63,743 bases of DNA, filler included, from Caldilineae bacterium (GCA_037446815.1; 7 parts of 5 records of this genome joined end to end with filler, not necessarily neighbours in it); one strand, 5' to 3'. Positions 1 through 9,852 are shown, counted from the first letter of the whole stretch. Notes: a model not told the origin generated them from the sequence alone. Numbers and translations are program-made.

Positions 1-1167
1 CTGATACAATTCCATGGAGTCGGTCCACACCGTCAGCACGATGTCGTGTTCGCCCAGTTCGTACCACTTGGCGAACTTGATGGCCGACAGGACGTTGGCG
101 ATGCTGGAGATGCCCAGCAGGTCCAGGCGGGCGACGAGGGATTCGGGCACGCCGCGCTTGGCGAGATAGGCCCGCCCGACCGGTTCGTTGAACAGGCGCA
201 CCAGGCTGACGCACGCCTCATCGTCAATGGCCATGACCATGTCGGTGTTCTTGATGTTGTGCACCCAGGGCACGTGCTTGTCGCCGATGCCCTCAATGCG
301 ATGCCCGCCGAAGCCGTTGAGCAGGAGGGTGGGGCATTGGAGCGCCTCGCTGGCGGCGACCTTGCTGGAGGGGAAGACCTGCTTCATGTAGTCGCCGCAG
401 CCAATGGTGCCGGCCGAACCGGTGGTGAGCACCACGCCTCGGTACTCGTCGCGCGGGCCCATCACCTCGCGCAGCACCTCTTCCATGGCGTGGCCGGTAA
501 CCTCATAGTGCCACAGGTAGTTGCCGAATTCCTCAAACTGGTTGAAGATGAAGACCTTGTCGCCCCGCGTTCGCTTCAGTTCCCAGCACTTGTCAAAGAT
601 TTCCTTGACGTTGCTTTCGCAGCCGGGCGTGGCGATGACCTCGCCGGCGAGTTTGGACAGCCACTCAAACCGCTCGCGGCTCATGCCCTCGGGCAGGATG
701 GCGATGGATTCGCACCCGAGGAGCGCCGCGTTGTACGATCCGCCGCGGCAGAAGTTGCCTGTGGAGGGCCATACGGCCTTGTGGTAGGTGGGGTCAAACT
801 GGCCGGTAACCAGGCGGGGCACCAAGCAGCCGAACGTCGCGCCGACCTTGTGGGCGCCGGTGGGGAACCACTTGCCCACCAAGGCGATGATGCGGGCGGG
901 CACTCCCGTGAGGGCCGGCGGCAGTTCCACGTAGTTCACGCCGCCGAACCCGCCCCCGAAGGGCACCGGCTCGTTCTTCCACGTGATGCGGAACAGGTTG
1001 AGGGAATTCACATCCCAGAGGCCGATGTTCTTCAGGCGCGCCTTGATGGAGTCGGGAATCCGGGAGGGGTCCTTCATCTGGGCGAAGGTCGGGATGATGA
1101 TGTGCCGCTCGCGGGCCCGCTGGACAGAGCGCTTGAGGGATTCCGGATGGACGGTCAGGTCAATCAT
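1..1167 (-). CDS. PLP-dependent enzyme, fold type II (cysteine synthase/TrpB-like family); runs off the window
   Basis: Not in ORF track; manual translation MIDLTVHPESLKRS...FPTGAHKVGA (PLP Lys)...WPSTGNFCRGG...TTGSAGT...HRIEGIGDKH; GGAGG RBS before ATG at 1167. Confidence 0.8.
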   Translation of the reverse strand, partial: MIDLTVHPESLKRSVQRARERHIIIPTFAQMKDPSRIPDSIKARLKNIGLWDVNSLNLFRITWKNEPVPFGGGFGGVNYVELPPALTGVPARIIALVGKWFPTGAHKVGATFGCLVPRLVTGQFDPTYHKAVWPSTGNFCRGGSYNAALLGCESIAILPEGMSRERFEWLSKLAGEVIATPGCESNVKEIFDKCWELKRTRGDKVFIFNQFEEFGNYLWHYEVTGHAMEEVLREVMGPRDEYRGVVLTTGSAGTIGCGDYMKQVFPSSKVAASEALQCPTLLLNGFGGHRIEGIGDKHVPWVHNIKNTDMVMAIDDEACVSLVRLFNEPVGRAYLAKRGVPESLVARLDLLGISSIANVLSAIKFAKWYELGEHDIVLTVWTDSMELYQ

Positions 1168-1229
1168 GGGCGTTTGCCTCCCCGATGGTGTTGTCGGCGC
1201 GCCGCGGTAGAGTGCGCGGCGCGCGGGTT

Positions 1230-1276
1230 TGTCAGATGTCTGACATATTCTACCATCTGACGAGCCTCGCTGTCAA
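1230..1276 (-). promoter_or_regulatory. sigma70 promoter (TTGACA-N18-TAGAAT, extended -10) with palindromic operator TGTCAGA-TG-TCTGACA over the start site
   Basis: tgtcaa 1271-1276 and attcta 1247-1252 on +; perfect 7-bp inverted repeat 1230-1245. Confidence 0.6.
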
Positions 1277-1391
1277 ACGGCGGGAGCGCGGCGCGGCCTC
1301 CGCCAACGGTCGGCCTCGGGGCGGCTGCGCTCGCGATGACGGACAGGGGGCGCGCCCCGGTCCGCCACCGCGAGATGGGGCCGACTCGCGC

Positions 1392-2195
1392 CTACAGGAT
1401 GCTCGCGCCCAACGCCACGAGGCCCACCGCCCAGCAGTAGATGGCGAAGGGCCACAGCCTGCGCCTTCGGACGAAGCCCAGCAGGAAGTGAATGGCCAGG
1501 TAGCCGGAAATGGCCGCGCTGGCGAACCCCAGCGCCAGCGGCAACAGCGCCGTGTCCTCGGGCCCGCGGATGGCGTGCGCCACCTGCGTCAGCCCAGCCC
1601 CCAGGATGATGGGCACCGACAGCAGGAAGGAGAATCGCGCCGCCATCTCGCGGGTCAGGCCCCGGAACACGCCGGCCGCGATGGTCAGCCCGCTGCGCGA
1701 AAGGCCGGGACAGATGGCCGCTGCCTGCGCCAGGCCGATGACCAGCGCATCGGGCAGGCGCACCACGGTGCGCTTGCTGCGTCGGGGGTACACAACCTCG
1801 CTCGCCGCCAGGATCGCGCCCGTGGCGATGAGGAACCCGCCCACCGCCGCCGGCGCCGAGAACAGACCCTCAAAGAAATCCTGCAGAAGGAAGCCAACGA
1901 CCGCGGCGGGAATCGTCCCCAGGATGATGAGCCACGCCATCCACGCCTGCGGCGTATCCACGCGCCTGCGCCGCACGCTGTCCACCCACGCGCGGATCAT
2001 GCCCCACAGGTCCTCCCAGAAATACACCACAACCGCCAGGAGCGTGCCCCAGTGCACCAGCGTGTCGTACAGCAGCCCAGGCTCGCCCCATCCCAGCGCC
2101 TGGGGAATCAGCACCAGGTGGCCAGAACTGCTCACGGGCAGGAACTCCGTCAGCCCTTGCACGATGCCCAAAATGACGGCCTGCAATGAGTTCAT
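1392..2195 (-). CDS. uppP: Undecaprenyl-diphosphate phosphatase
   Basis: GIVQGLTEFLPVSSSGHL and PGLSRSG motifs; multi-TM. Confidence 0.95.
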   Translation of the reverse strand: MNSLQAVILGIVQGLTEFLPVSSSGHLVLIPQALGWGEPGLLYDTLVHWGTLLAVVVYFWEDLWGMIRAWVDSVRRRRVDTPQAWMAWLIILGTIPAAVVGFLLQDFFEGLFSAPAAVGGFLIATGAILAASEVVYPRRSKRTVVRLPDALVIGLAQAAAICPGLSRSGLTIAAGVFRGLTREMAARFSFLLSVPIILGAGLTQVAHAIRGPEDTALLPLALGFASAAISGYLAIHFLLGFVRRRRLWPFAIYCWAVGLVALGASIL

Positions 2196-2247
2196 CCTCA
2201 TCTCCCCTCAACAGATGATGACACCGCCGAGGCGCGATCCATCGGGG

Positions 2248-2622
2248 CTATCTGCCGCCCTTGCCTTCGGGGTGGTTTCTTCGGCGAGCCTGCTGCTTGC
2301 TCCCACGGAGGGCGCGGTTTCGGGCGCGCACCTGTTCGTCGGGAACGCGAAACTCGGCGAGGAATTGCTCTTTGAACGCCAAGAACGTGTCCTCGGCGAT
2401 GGCCTTGCGAATGTCGCGCATCAGTTGGAGCAAGAAGTGCACGTTATGGATGGTGGCCAGGTGCAGGCCGAGAATCTCGTCGCTCATGACCAGATGGCGC
2501 ATGTACGCGCGGGAGAAGTGCTGGCAGGTGTAGCAGGTACAGCCTTCCTCAATGGGCCGGGGGTCGCGGGTGTACTGCGCGTTGCGCAGGTTGAGGCGAC
2601 CCGTGCGGGTGAAGACGGCGCC
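2248..2622 (-). CDS. tgt: Queuine tRNA-ribosyltransferase, 3' part (contig-truncated)
   Basis: GRLNLRN...CTCYTC...SRAYMRHL...LATIHN zinc-binding C-terminus. Confidence 0.9.
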   Translation of the reverse strand, partial: GAVFTRTGRLNLRNAQYTRDPRPIEEGCTCYTCQHFSRAYMRHLVMSDEILGLHLATIHNVHFLLQLMRDIRKAIAEDTFLAFKEQFLAEFRVPDEQVRARNRALRGSKQQARRRNHPEGKGGR

Positions 2623-2722
2623 NNNNNNNNNNNNNNNNNNNNNNNNNNNNNNNNNNNNNNNNNNNNTTAATTAATTAANNNNNNNNNNNNNNNNNNNNNN
2701 NNNNNNNNNNNNNNNNNNNNNN
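2623..2722. other. Artificial contig linker (N44-TTAATTAATTAA-N44); others at 10363-10462, 28472-28571, 40230-40329, 44418-44517, 61069-61168
   Basis: Identical 100-nt spacers with stops in all six frames. Confidence 0.98.
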
Positions 2723-2795
2723 TGCTTCGCTTCGCTCGCAATGACACACGAAGAGAGTGTACATGCGGTTCACCAACACAGTTTGAAACCGAATC
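2723..2795 (-). mobile_element. MITE type A, partial at contig edge
   Basis: tgcttcgcttcgctcgcaatgac...ccaacacagtttgaaaccgaatc matches copies at 29065, 57937 and 60875. Confidence 0.8.
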
Positions 2796-2810
2796 ACGAG
2801 CATCACCCGC

Positions 2811-2839
2811 TTGACATCTCCGACGCCTCGGGCTACCAT
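2811..2839 (+). promoter_or_regulatory. sigma70 promoter TTGACA-N17-TACCAT
   Basis: Consensus boxes upstream of the CDS at 2924. Confidence 0.65.
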
Positions 2840-2923
2840 GCGCGCTGCAATGGCCCGATCGGAGCGCCCTCACACAATCTTTCCCCGCCGGCGCCCCGCC
2901 ACGCACACGCAGGGGAGGCGACC

Positions 2924-4258
2924 ATGGCAACCTCTAAACGGCACCGGCATGGCCCTCGTGCTACACGGCTGGCTTGGATCCTGGCAGCCCTACTCGTCTC
3001 CGCAGCGGCTCTGGCGCTGAGCATCCCCCCAACGCAAGCATGGACGCACTGGGAGCCCATCTCGTCATACAGCTGCCTCAACCCCGATATTGCGGCCGAC
3101 CCCTTCGGGGACGTTTATGCCGTCTGGGAGCGCGAGCGCGACGGCGAGATATTCCTTGCGCGTCGGCATGGCAGCGCATGGCTTTCGCCCGTCAACCTCA
3201 GCAACTCGCCCGCTGCCTCCAGAACACCCCGCATTGCCGCAGACTCGCGCGGATGGCTCCACGTCGTCTGGGCCGAAGGGAGCGAGGGACAGTCCGACAT
3301 CTACTACACCTGCTGGAACCGCTCGGCCTGGTCCGTGCCCCTCAACCTTTCCCGGTCCGCCGCGGAATCCCTAACCCCTGCCATTGCCGCGGACAGCGCG
3401 AACAGAATCCACGTCGCCTGGGTGGACAGGACCGGCACAAACCGCGACGTTTTCTACACTTCCGGAGACGGTGAGGGGTGGAATGCGCCGCTGAACCTGT
3501 CCAACACACCCGGACGCTCGGAGGAACCCGACATTGCCGTGGATGCCACCGGCAGGGTGTATGTGGCCTGGCAGGAGGGGATGCCCGCCGCGCCCGAGAT
3601 TCTGCTCCGCTCCCTGGCAGCCGCCGAATGGTCAGACGTTGTCAACGTTTCGCGCAACCCATCGGTCTCGCGGCATCCGGCCCTCGCAGGCGATCGCACC
3701 GGACGCATGGCGCTGCTCTGGGAAGACAACGCCACCGGCACATCGGAACTGCACGTATCTTTCGGGGACGGCGAGGGGTGGACGACGCCCGCCAACGTCG
3801 TAACTCTCCCCAGTGGGGCCAGCGCGCAGATAGACGCCCTTGTGGACGCAGACAATGTTCTGCACGTGTTGTGGGATGACCTCGTCGTGGATCAGTGGGA
3901 AATCTACTACATCCGCTGGAACGGAACGGCATGGTCCACGGTGCAAGACCTCTCGCACAACTGGGGCTACTCCTTCAAGCCCGCGCTTGCGCTGGATGCC
4001 CAGGGGATACTCCACGCCGTTTGGCAGGACTCGGAGCCATTCTTCCCATCGGATGGCATTGTCCACTGTTGGCAGGCTGCCGACGCCCCGCTGCCCGCGT
4101 ATCCATCCCCCACGCCCACCGCGTCGGCAACGGCCTCTGCCTCGCCTTCGCCTACCGCATCGCCAACGCCATCTCCGACCCCGTCGCCGACCCTGTCCCC
4201 AACCCCATCGCCGACCGCGCCCTACCGCCGATACCTGCCCATCATCCTGCGTTTCTAG
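2924..4258 (+). CDS. Secreted 7-repeat beta-propeller protein with Pro/Ser/Thr linker and C-terminal YLPIILR motif
   Basis: Signal peptide; seven PxIAxDxxGxxHVxW-like repeats; (SPTP)n tract; GGAGG RBS. Confidence 0.75.
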   Translation: MATSKRHRHGPRATRLAWILAALLVSAAALALSIPPTQAWTHWEPISSYSCLNPDIAADPFGDVYAVWERERDGEIFLARRHGSAWLSPVNLSNSPAASRTPRIAADSRGWLHVVWAEGSEGQSDIYYTCWNRSAWSVPLNLSRSAAESLTPAIAADSANRIHVAWVDRTGTNRDVFYTSGDGEGWNAPLNLSNTPGRSEEPDIAVDATGRVYVAWQEGMPAAPEILLRSLAAAEWSDVVNVSRNPSVSRHPALAGDRTGRMALLWEDNATGTSELHVSFGDGEGWTTPANVVTLPSGASAQIDALVDADNVLHVLWDDLVVDQWEIYYIRWNGTAWSTVQDLSHNWGYSFKPALALDAQGILHAVWQDSEPFFPSDGIVHCWQAADAPLPAYPSPTPTASATASASPSPTASPTPSPTPSPTLSPTPSPTAPYRRYLPIILRF

Positions 4259-4278
4259 GCGCCACAGGCGTGCGCACC

Positions 4279-6105
4279 CTATGGCGCAAGCCGCATCGCC
4301 TTCGCGAACGCGTCGGGGAACTCGGGCACGGTGGTCAACTCCAGGTACTCGGCGCGGCTGGCGATCGCCCGTGCCCGCTCCCGCTCGTCCAGCGACACAA
4401 GCGCAAGCCGAGCCCCCACCGCCGCCGCGTTCCCCACCTGCTGCACCTTGGCTGCGGGAACCGGCGGGAGAAGCCCGATCTCCAGGATGCTGTCCACGCT
4501 CAGGTAGGTGCCAAAGGCGCCGGCGAGAATCACCCTGTCCAAGTCCTGCACACCGATGCCCGCCTCAGCCATCAGCAGGTCTATGCCGGCGCGGATGGCT
4601 CCCTTCGCCAGTTGGATGGCGCTCACATCCCCGTGCGTGAGAACGATGGGCGTCCCGTAGCCTGATTCATCTGGCGTCGCCAGGATGAACTCCAGGCCAT
4701 GATTGCCTCTCATGACGCGCGGGTGATCCGTCAGCATTCGGCCTGATGGCGTGAGAACTCCTGCGCGGCGCAGCGCGGCCACCGCGTCCAGCACCCCCGA
4801 GCCGCATATCCCTATGGGCGGCGCATTATCCACCGTCTGCCAGTAGACGTAACTATCATCCACGCTCACCCACTCAATCGCCCCCGATGCCGCCCGCATC
4901 CCATGGCGAATGTGGGCGCCCTCAAAAGCCGGCCCCGATGCCGTGGAACAACTGATGAGCCGCGAAGGCGTCTTCAGCACCAGTTCCGTGTTCGTGCCGA
5001 TGTCCAGCCCCAGCACCACGCCCTCCATATCCGGAATGCGCGTCCCCAGGAGCATGGCTACATGGTCTGCCCCCACGAATCCCGCCACGTTGGGGAGCAA
5101 ATGCACATACGCGCCGGGCGCAATGGCCAGGCCGATGTCTCGCGCCTTGACATCCAGCGCGGCGCTCTCGGCAGGCACGTACGGAGCCATGCCCAGTTGC
5201 CCCACAGGAAGGCCGAGGAACAGATGATGCATGGCCGTGTTGCCCACCACGACGGTCTCCACGATTTCCTCAGGGGCGCGGCCCACTTTTTCGCACAGGC
5301 TGCGCGCCAGGCCGTAGATGGCCTGAACCGCGGCCGTCTGCAGTTCCAGCGCCTTCTCCTCGCCGCGCATGGCATAGCCGATGCGAGCCATGACATCATC
5401 ACCAAACGTGATTTGCGGATTCATCACCCCATCCGCCGCGAGCGAGCGCCCTGTCTCCAAATCCACCAGATGTGCGGCGATCTTGGTGGTGCCCAAGTCC
5501 ACGGCCAGTCCCAACGGCTTCCGGCCAGGCGCGCCCAGGGCGACAACCTCCGCCCGCCCTCCCGCGCGGCGCACGTAGGCAGTCCCCCGCCAATCTTGCG
5601 CACGCACCACCTCGGGCAAGGACTGCAGCACGGCGAAATCCACAGCCACATCTGCGATACCCTGCGCCTCGCTCACCGCATCGCGCAAGCGCACGGCATC
5701 GGCTCGCAGGTCTGTGAGCGTCGCGGGCGGCAATTCCACGGGACAGGCGATGACCGGCGGGTTCGGCACCACCTGAACGGCCTCGCCCTCCACCTGAAGT
5801 CGCTGCGTGGTGCTGAGCGAATCGGCCGGGACGTACACCTTCACACCGGCCTGAACGTGCACCTGGCACGCCAACCGCATCCCCTCAGCAACGGCATCGG
5901 CCCCCAGTTTCTGAATCTCGGTGGCCGACGGCGGCGACACTTCCCCCGCAAGCACGCGCACACGACAGCGCCCGCACGTCCCGGCCCCGCCGCATATGGC
6001 CACAAGTGCAACGCCCGCGCGCCGCGCCGCGTCCAGCAATGTCTCGCCCGCGACACACTCAGCGCGGCGACCCAGCGGCTCAAAATCAATCCAGCAAGTG
6101 CCCAT
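4279..6105 (-). CDS. ASKHA-type ATPase with N-terminal [2Fe-2S] domain (DUF4445; RACE/RACo reductive activator of corrinoid proteins)
   Basis: CGGAGTCGRC...RLAC ferredoxin; DLGTT, DIGTNTE, GPAFEG, GICGSG, LAGAFG motifs. Confidence 0.88.
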   Translation of the reverse strand: MGTCWIDFEPLGRRAECVAGETLLDAARRAGVALVAICGGAGTCGRCRVRVLAGEVSPPSATEIQKLGADAVAEGMRLACQVHVQAGVKVYVPADSLSTTQRLQVEGEAVQVVPNPPVIACPVELPPATLTDLRADAVRLRDAVSEAQGIADVAVDFAVLQSLPEVVRAQDWRGTAYVRRAGGRAEVVALGAPGRKPLGLAVDLGTTKIAAHLVDLETGRSLAADGVMNPQITFGDDVMARIGYAMRGEEKALELQTAAVQAIYGLARSLCEKVGRAPEEIVETVVVGNTAMHHLFLGLPVGQLGMAPYVPAESAALDVKARDIGLAIAPGAYVHLLPNVAGFVGADHVAMLLGTRIPDMEGVVLGLDIGTNTELVLKTPSRLISCSTASGPAFEGAHIRHGMRAASGAIEWVSVDDSYVYWQTVDNAPPIGICGSGVLDAVAALRRAGVLTPSGRMLTDHPRVMRGNHGLEFILATPDESGYGTPIVLTHGDVSAIQLAKGAIRAGIDLLMAEAGIGVQDLDRVILAGAFGTYLSVDSILEIGLLPPVPAAKVQQVGNAAAVGARLALVSLDERERARAIASRAEYLELTTVPEFPDAFAKAMRLAP

Positions 6106-6115
6106 GGCGCGCCCT

Positions 6116-6679
6116 CTATAGACCATTCCTGCGGCCCCGGGCCAAGCGGACAAGCCCCTGCGCGCCAAAAGCCAGTACTCCGCCGACGAGCGCCGTGCCC
6201 AATTGCGGCCAGCGCATCATGTTGACCATGGCCTGGGGAATGGCGACGGCCGCCACATTCCCGCCAACAGCCACGTGGAGCGGCCAAACGACCAGCGCCG
6301 TAACCGCCGCATAGAGCCAGGCGAATTTCACCACCGCCGCGGCGACAAGAGCCAGGATGCGACTCCGCTTCCGCAGCAGGGCGAACATCCCCACAAACGC
6401 CGCGTTGCCCACCGCGATGAACGGCATCATCACCCACAGGGGGAGAGGCAGGATACCCCGAAGGGCCGCGCCCACGGGCGTAATCATCCCGACCACCATC
6501 GCCTGCCCCAACCCGCACCATTCCAAGGTCAACAAGAGCAGCGCGTTCACCAGCGGGCCGGTAACGTATTGAGGTAGGCCCATGTTGGTAATCGCCAGCG
6601 CCGCGGCCAGCGCCAGGGTGAATTTCGCCGCTTCCGCCCAGACCGCGCTCCGATTCAGAGTTACAGACTTGGCTTCCAT
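6116..6679 (-). CDS. ECF transporter S-component-like membrane protein
   Basis: ~190 aa, ~5-6 TM, QYVTGPLVNA...PFIAVGN...WPQLGTALVGG pattern. Confidence 0.7.
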   Translation of the reverse strand: MEAKSVTLNRSAVWAEAAKFTLALAAALAITNMGLPQYVTGPLVNALLLLTLEWCGLGQAMVVGMITPVGAALRGILPLPLWVMMPFIAVGNAAFVGMFALLRKRSRILALVAAAVVKFAWLYAAVTALVVWPLHVAVGGNVAAVAIPQAMVNMMRWPQLGTALVGGVLAFGAQGLVRLARGRRNGL

Positions 6680-6698
6680 TGTGTTTACTCCCACCGCG

Positions 6699-7874
6699 CT
6701 AGATGCGCTCTAGTGTAACCGATTTGTTCCTTTGCTCCAACTGGCGGGCGAGTTCTTTTACATAGAGCATCCGCATGGACTCGCCCCGAATCACGTCGGC
6801 CACCTGGTTGGGATTTATGGCCGTGCCCACCAGAAAGTGAATCTCATCCGCCGAGAGAAGAATTCGCGCCAGGCGGCTCGCCGCGTCCTCACCTGGAGGC
6901 AGATCGTGAATGGTCTTGCATTGTTCCAGGAGGCTCACGGCCTGCCCCAGCGTCAGAATGCCCTCGGTAACCAAATCCACGCCTTCCAGCCGCGCGGTTG
7001 GTGGCGTGCCGCGCGCCCTGGAGGGAACGCCCCCGCGCTTGCTGGGCGGCACCCAATCCACCTTGAGTTCCTGGCCCAGCACCCGCGCCGCGATTTGCGC
7101 CGTCGTGCCACCGCAAATCACCTTGTAGCCCCGCGATGCCATCAGCCTGCGCGTCGCCTCCTCATCGTGCGCGCGATCCGCGGGAGGGCCTGTCCAGATG
7201 ATGGCCCGCACCGTGCGCCGCACCCGCATGGCAACTGCCGTGCTGTCGTCTCCGGGCTTGCCGTCATAGAGGCGCATAGCGGTGCTGGACAGCGCCCGCG
7301 CCAGACTGTGGGCATCGCCGCCCGTCTGTACCCAGCGCCGAACCGACACCGCGATGTTCTGCCAGCCCCAGCCCAGGCGGTACAGCCCGCCCACCCCCGC
7401 GTGCACATATCCGTCGCTGACCATCACCATGTAGTCGCCCTCTTGGAGCGAGAAATGCGCCTCGTGGATGCGCCGCCCTTCCACCTCTCGCTCCGCGCGC
7501 GGGATTCCCCAAATCTGCCCGCCGCGGATGAGGATCAGGGGCGGCGTGTCATATTCCACAAGATAGGCGTCGCGCCCGCGTTGCACAAGGAGCACGGCGA
7601 AGGTCGCATACGCCAGTTTCCGCACGCTGCACTCCGGCAACGTGGCAACCAGCGTGCTGATCACCTCCTCCACCGACGCGCCCCGCTGGAACATGGACGC
7701 GGCGATTTCGGCCGTGAGGGTGGCCATGATATTCGCCTTCACGCCGCTGCCGAGCCCATCCGAAAGCACAACGATGAAGGACTGCGGCGTCGTGGCCACG
7801 CGCACGCAATCCCCGCAGAGTTCCTCGCCGTGCTTCGCCAGGCTCTCCCAGGCGATTTCAATGAAGAGCCTCAT
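6699..7874 (-). CDS. SpoIIE/PP2C-like Ser/Thr phosphatase (HfsC-like)
   Basis: EELCGD, LSDGLGSGVKA, MVSDG, PGDDST motifs. Confidence 0.85.
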   Translation of the reverse strand: MRLFIEIAWESLAKHGEELCGDCVRVATTPQSFIVVLSDGLGSGVKANIMATLTAEIAASMFQRGASVEEVISTLVATLPECSVRKLAYATFAVLLVQRGRDAYLVEYDTPPLILIRGGQIWGIPRAEREVEGRRIHEAHFSLQEGDYMVMVSDGYVHAGVGGLYRLGWGWQNIAVSVRRWVQTGGDAHSLARALSSTAMRLYDGKPGDDSTAVAMRVRRTVRAIIWTGPPADRAHDEEATRRLMASRGYKVICGGTTAQIAARVLGQELKVDWVPPSKRGGVPSRARGTPPTARLEGVDLVTEGILTLGQAVSLLEQCKTIHDLPPGEDAASRLARILLSADEIHFLVGTAINPNQVADVIRGESMRMLYVKELARQLEQRNKSVTLERI

Positions 7875-9592
7875 GGCTCCTGCCCTTCCTCCTCCAGCAA
7901 CTTGGCGAGCCGCGACAGCATAATCTTCGTATCCGCCGTTGTCTCGCCCAGAAGTTGCGCGATCTCGTGGGCCACGCGCATCTGCTTGATGACCACTTCC
8001 TGAGTACGTTGGAGCGTCTCCTCGCGGATGCGATCCAACTGTGCGCGCTGCTGCTCGCGTTCGGTAACATCCCGCAGGATGCCCACGATAAGGTTCTGGT
8101 CCTTCACGGCGACGATGGTCTGCTCCACGACAAGGCCATTGAGGGCCAGGCGCTGGCGGATGATGGGGTGGCCGGTTCGGCGCACCGACTCAAACCCCTG
8201 CAACACCACCGGCGGGGCGGCCTCGTCCAGCGGGTGGCCGATGACCTGCGGGAGCGAGCAACGGAGCATCGCCTCCGCCGAGGGCGACATGTCCTGGATG
8301 TGAAGCCGCGTATCCACCGTGATCACCGGGTCCTGTGTTACGGCCATGATCACCTGGCGCAGCGATTCGGCCCGCTTGCGCGTGTACGGGATGCACATCG
8401 TCGCCTCTGCAAGCCCGCGCAGGGTGGCGATGGCCTTGTCGCGGCAGGTAGGATAGCCGCACGCGCCGCAGTTCAGTTCATCCTCGGGCGCATACTTGTC
8501 CACGCGGTGGAGTACCTCGCGAATCTGCTCTTCGGTAAACTCCGGCATCGGCACGCTCTTGTCCCGGTAGGCGCGTGCCAGCGACGGCCACTCCTCGCGG
8601 GAAGGGAGCGGTTGGGGCTGACGCCGCGCCGCATACTCCAGCACCCTCTGTCGCGCCTGGTACACGCCGATGTCCTTGCCCATCCCGGGGCCGTTGATGC
8701 ATCCGCCCTCGCACGCCATGAGTTCCACCAGCGACGCCCGCAGGGTTCCCGCCCGAATGCTCTGGAGCACGTCTTCACAGGCGGCCAACCCCGACGTCGT
8801 TACGATTTCGCTCGCAAGAATGTCGGTATTCAGATTCGCCGTGCCCACCAGGCCTCCCTCCACGGGAAACACGCGGGCATTGGCGCGTGGAACCTCCTCG
8901 TGCTCATCGGGCGGCGCAGGCAAAGACACGCCGCTGGCCCCGAGCCATTCCGACAGTTCCTCATAGGTCAGTGCCGCGTCCATCACGTCCTGGACTGCCT
9001 CGTCGTGAATCTCACCCTTCTTGGCGAAACACGGGCCGATGAAGACCAGGCAGGCCTCCGCCCCGTACCGTTCGCGAAGCCAGCGCCCGTGGGCGATCAT
9101 CGGCGAAACCACAGGCGCGAGATGCGGAATCAGGTCCGGATAGTATATCTCAATCAGATTCACCACCACCGGGCACGAAGACGTGATGACCGGATGCCGA
9201 TCGGGCATAGCCTCCACCACTTCCCGGTGGGCCTGCCCCACCATCTCCGCCCCGAAGGCCGTCTCATGCGCCGCGGAGAAACCCAGCGCCTGCAGCGCCT
9301 GCTCCATCTGCACGAAGGACTGGATGCCAAAGTAAGCCGGGGCCGACGGCGCGACACTGGCGACTACCGTTCGGCCCGACGCCATGGCCTCTCGTACCAG
9401 GGCGCGATCGTCGCGCACGCTCTTAGCCCCCTGGGGGCACGCGCGCACGCACGACCCGCACACAATGCACAACTCCGGCACCACCTGCGCCTGTCCGCCC
9501 TGCACCCGCACCGCCTTCACCGGGCATGTGCGCACGCACCGATAGCAGTCGCGACAGCGCGCGACATTCGTACTCACCACAGAGTGGGTCAT
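7871..9592 (-). CDS. Sensory group C [FeFe]-hydrogenase with PAS domain (HydS/HfsB-like)
   Basis: N-terminal 2x[4Fe-4S]; H-cluster motifs TSSCP, GPCFAKKGE, ELMACEGGCING; CGACGYPTC FeS domain; C-terminal PAS and coiled coil. Confidence 0.88.
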   Translation of the reverse strand: MTHSVVSTNVARCRDCYRCVRTCPVKAVRVQGGQAQVVPELCIVCGSCVRACPQGAKSVRDDRALVREAMASGRTVVASVAPSAPAYFGIQSFVQMEQALQALGFSAAHETAFGAEMVGQAHREVVEAMPDRHPVITSSCPVVVNLIEIYYPDLIPHLAPVVSPMIAHGRWLRERYGAEACLVFIGPCFAKKGEIHDEAVQDVMDAALTYEELSEWLGASGVSLPAPPDEHEEVPRANARVFPVEGGLVGTANLNTDILASEIVTTSGLAACEDVLQSIRAGTLRASLVELMACEGGCINGPGMGKDIGVYQARQRVLEYAARRQPQPLPSREEWPSLARAYRDKSVPMPEFTEEQIREVLHRVDKYAPEDELNCGACGYPTCRDKAIATLRGLAEATMCIPYTRKRAESLRQVIMAVTQDPVITVDTRLHIQDMSPSAEAMLRCSLPQVIGHPLDEAAPPVVLQGFESVRRTGHPIIRQRLALNGLVVEQTIVAVKDQNLIVGILRDVTEREQQRAQLDRIREETLQRTQEVVIKQMRVAHEIAQLLGETTADTKIMLSRLAKLLEEEGQEP

Positions 9593-9852
9593 GCCTGCTC
9601 CTCGCCGCGCAGCCGAGGCAGAATCTCGTTCTCAAAGAATGACTCGGCTGACAAGAAATGAATCTCGCGGTACTGTTGATCCTCAACCTTCACAGAAATG
9701 CCTTTGGAGCACTGCTCCATGCAGAACGCGCCCACAAGGCGCACCTTATCGCTCAGACCTCGCTTCTCCAGGATGCGTTCCAGGTCGGCGGCGAACTCAT
9801 CCGAGCCGCGCACGCTACAGGAACTACCGACGCAAATGGTAACGGTAATCAT
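9589..9852 (-). CDS. Thioredoxin-like [2Fe-2S] ferredoxin (HfsA-like)
   Basis: CVGSSC...FCMEQC; overlaps hydS start. Confidence 0.85.
   Translation of the reverse strand: MITVTICVGSSCSVRGSDEFAADLERILEKRGLSDKVRLVGAFCMEQCSKGISVKVEDQQYREIHFLSAESFFENEILPRLRGEEQA

Noticed and set aside
46..1260. Long antisense ORFs (also 7955-9661, 25073-27346, 29094-30833, 31381-33501, 37077-38750, 61694-63412)
   Set aside because: Shadows of well-supported opposite-strand genes in GC-rich DNA; no motifs.
2623..2722. Recurrent TTAATTAATTAA motif
   Set aside because: Artificial contig linker embedded in N runs.
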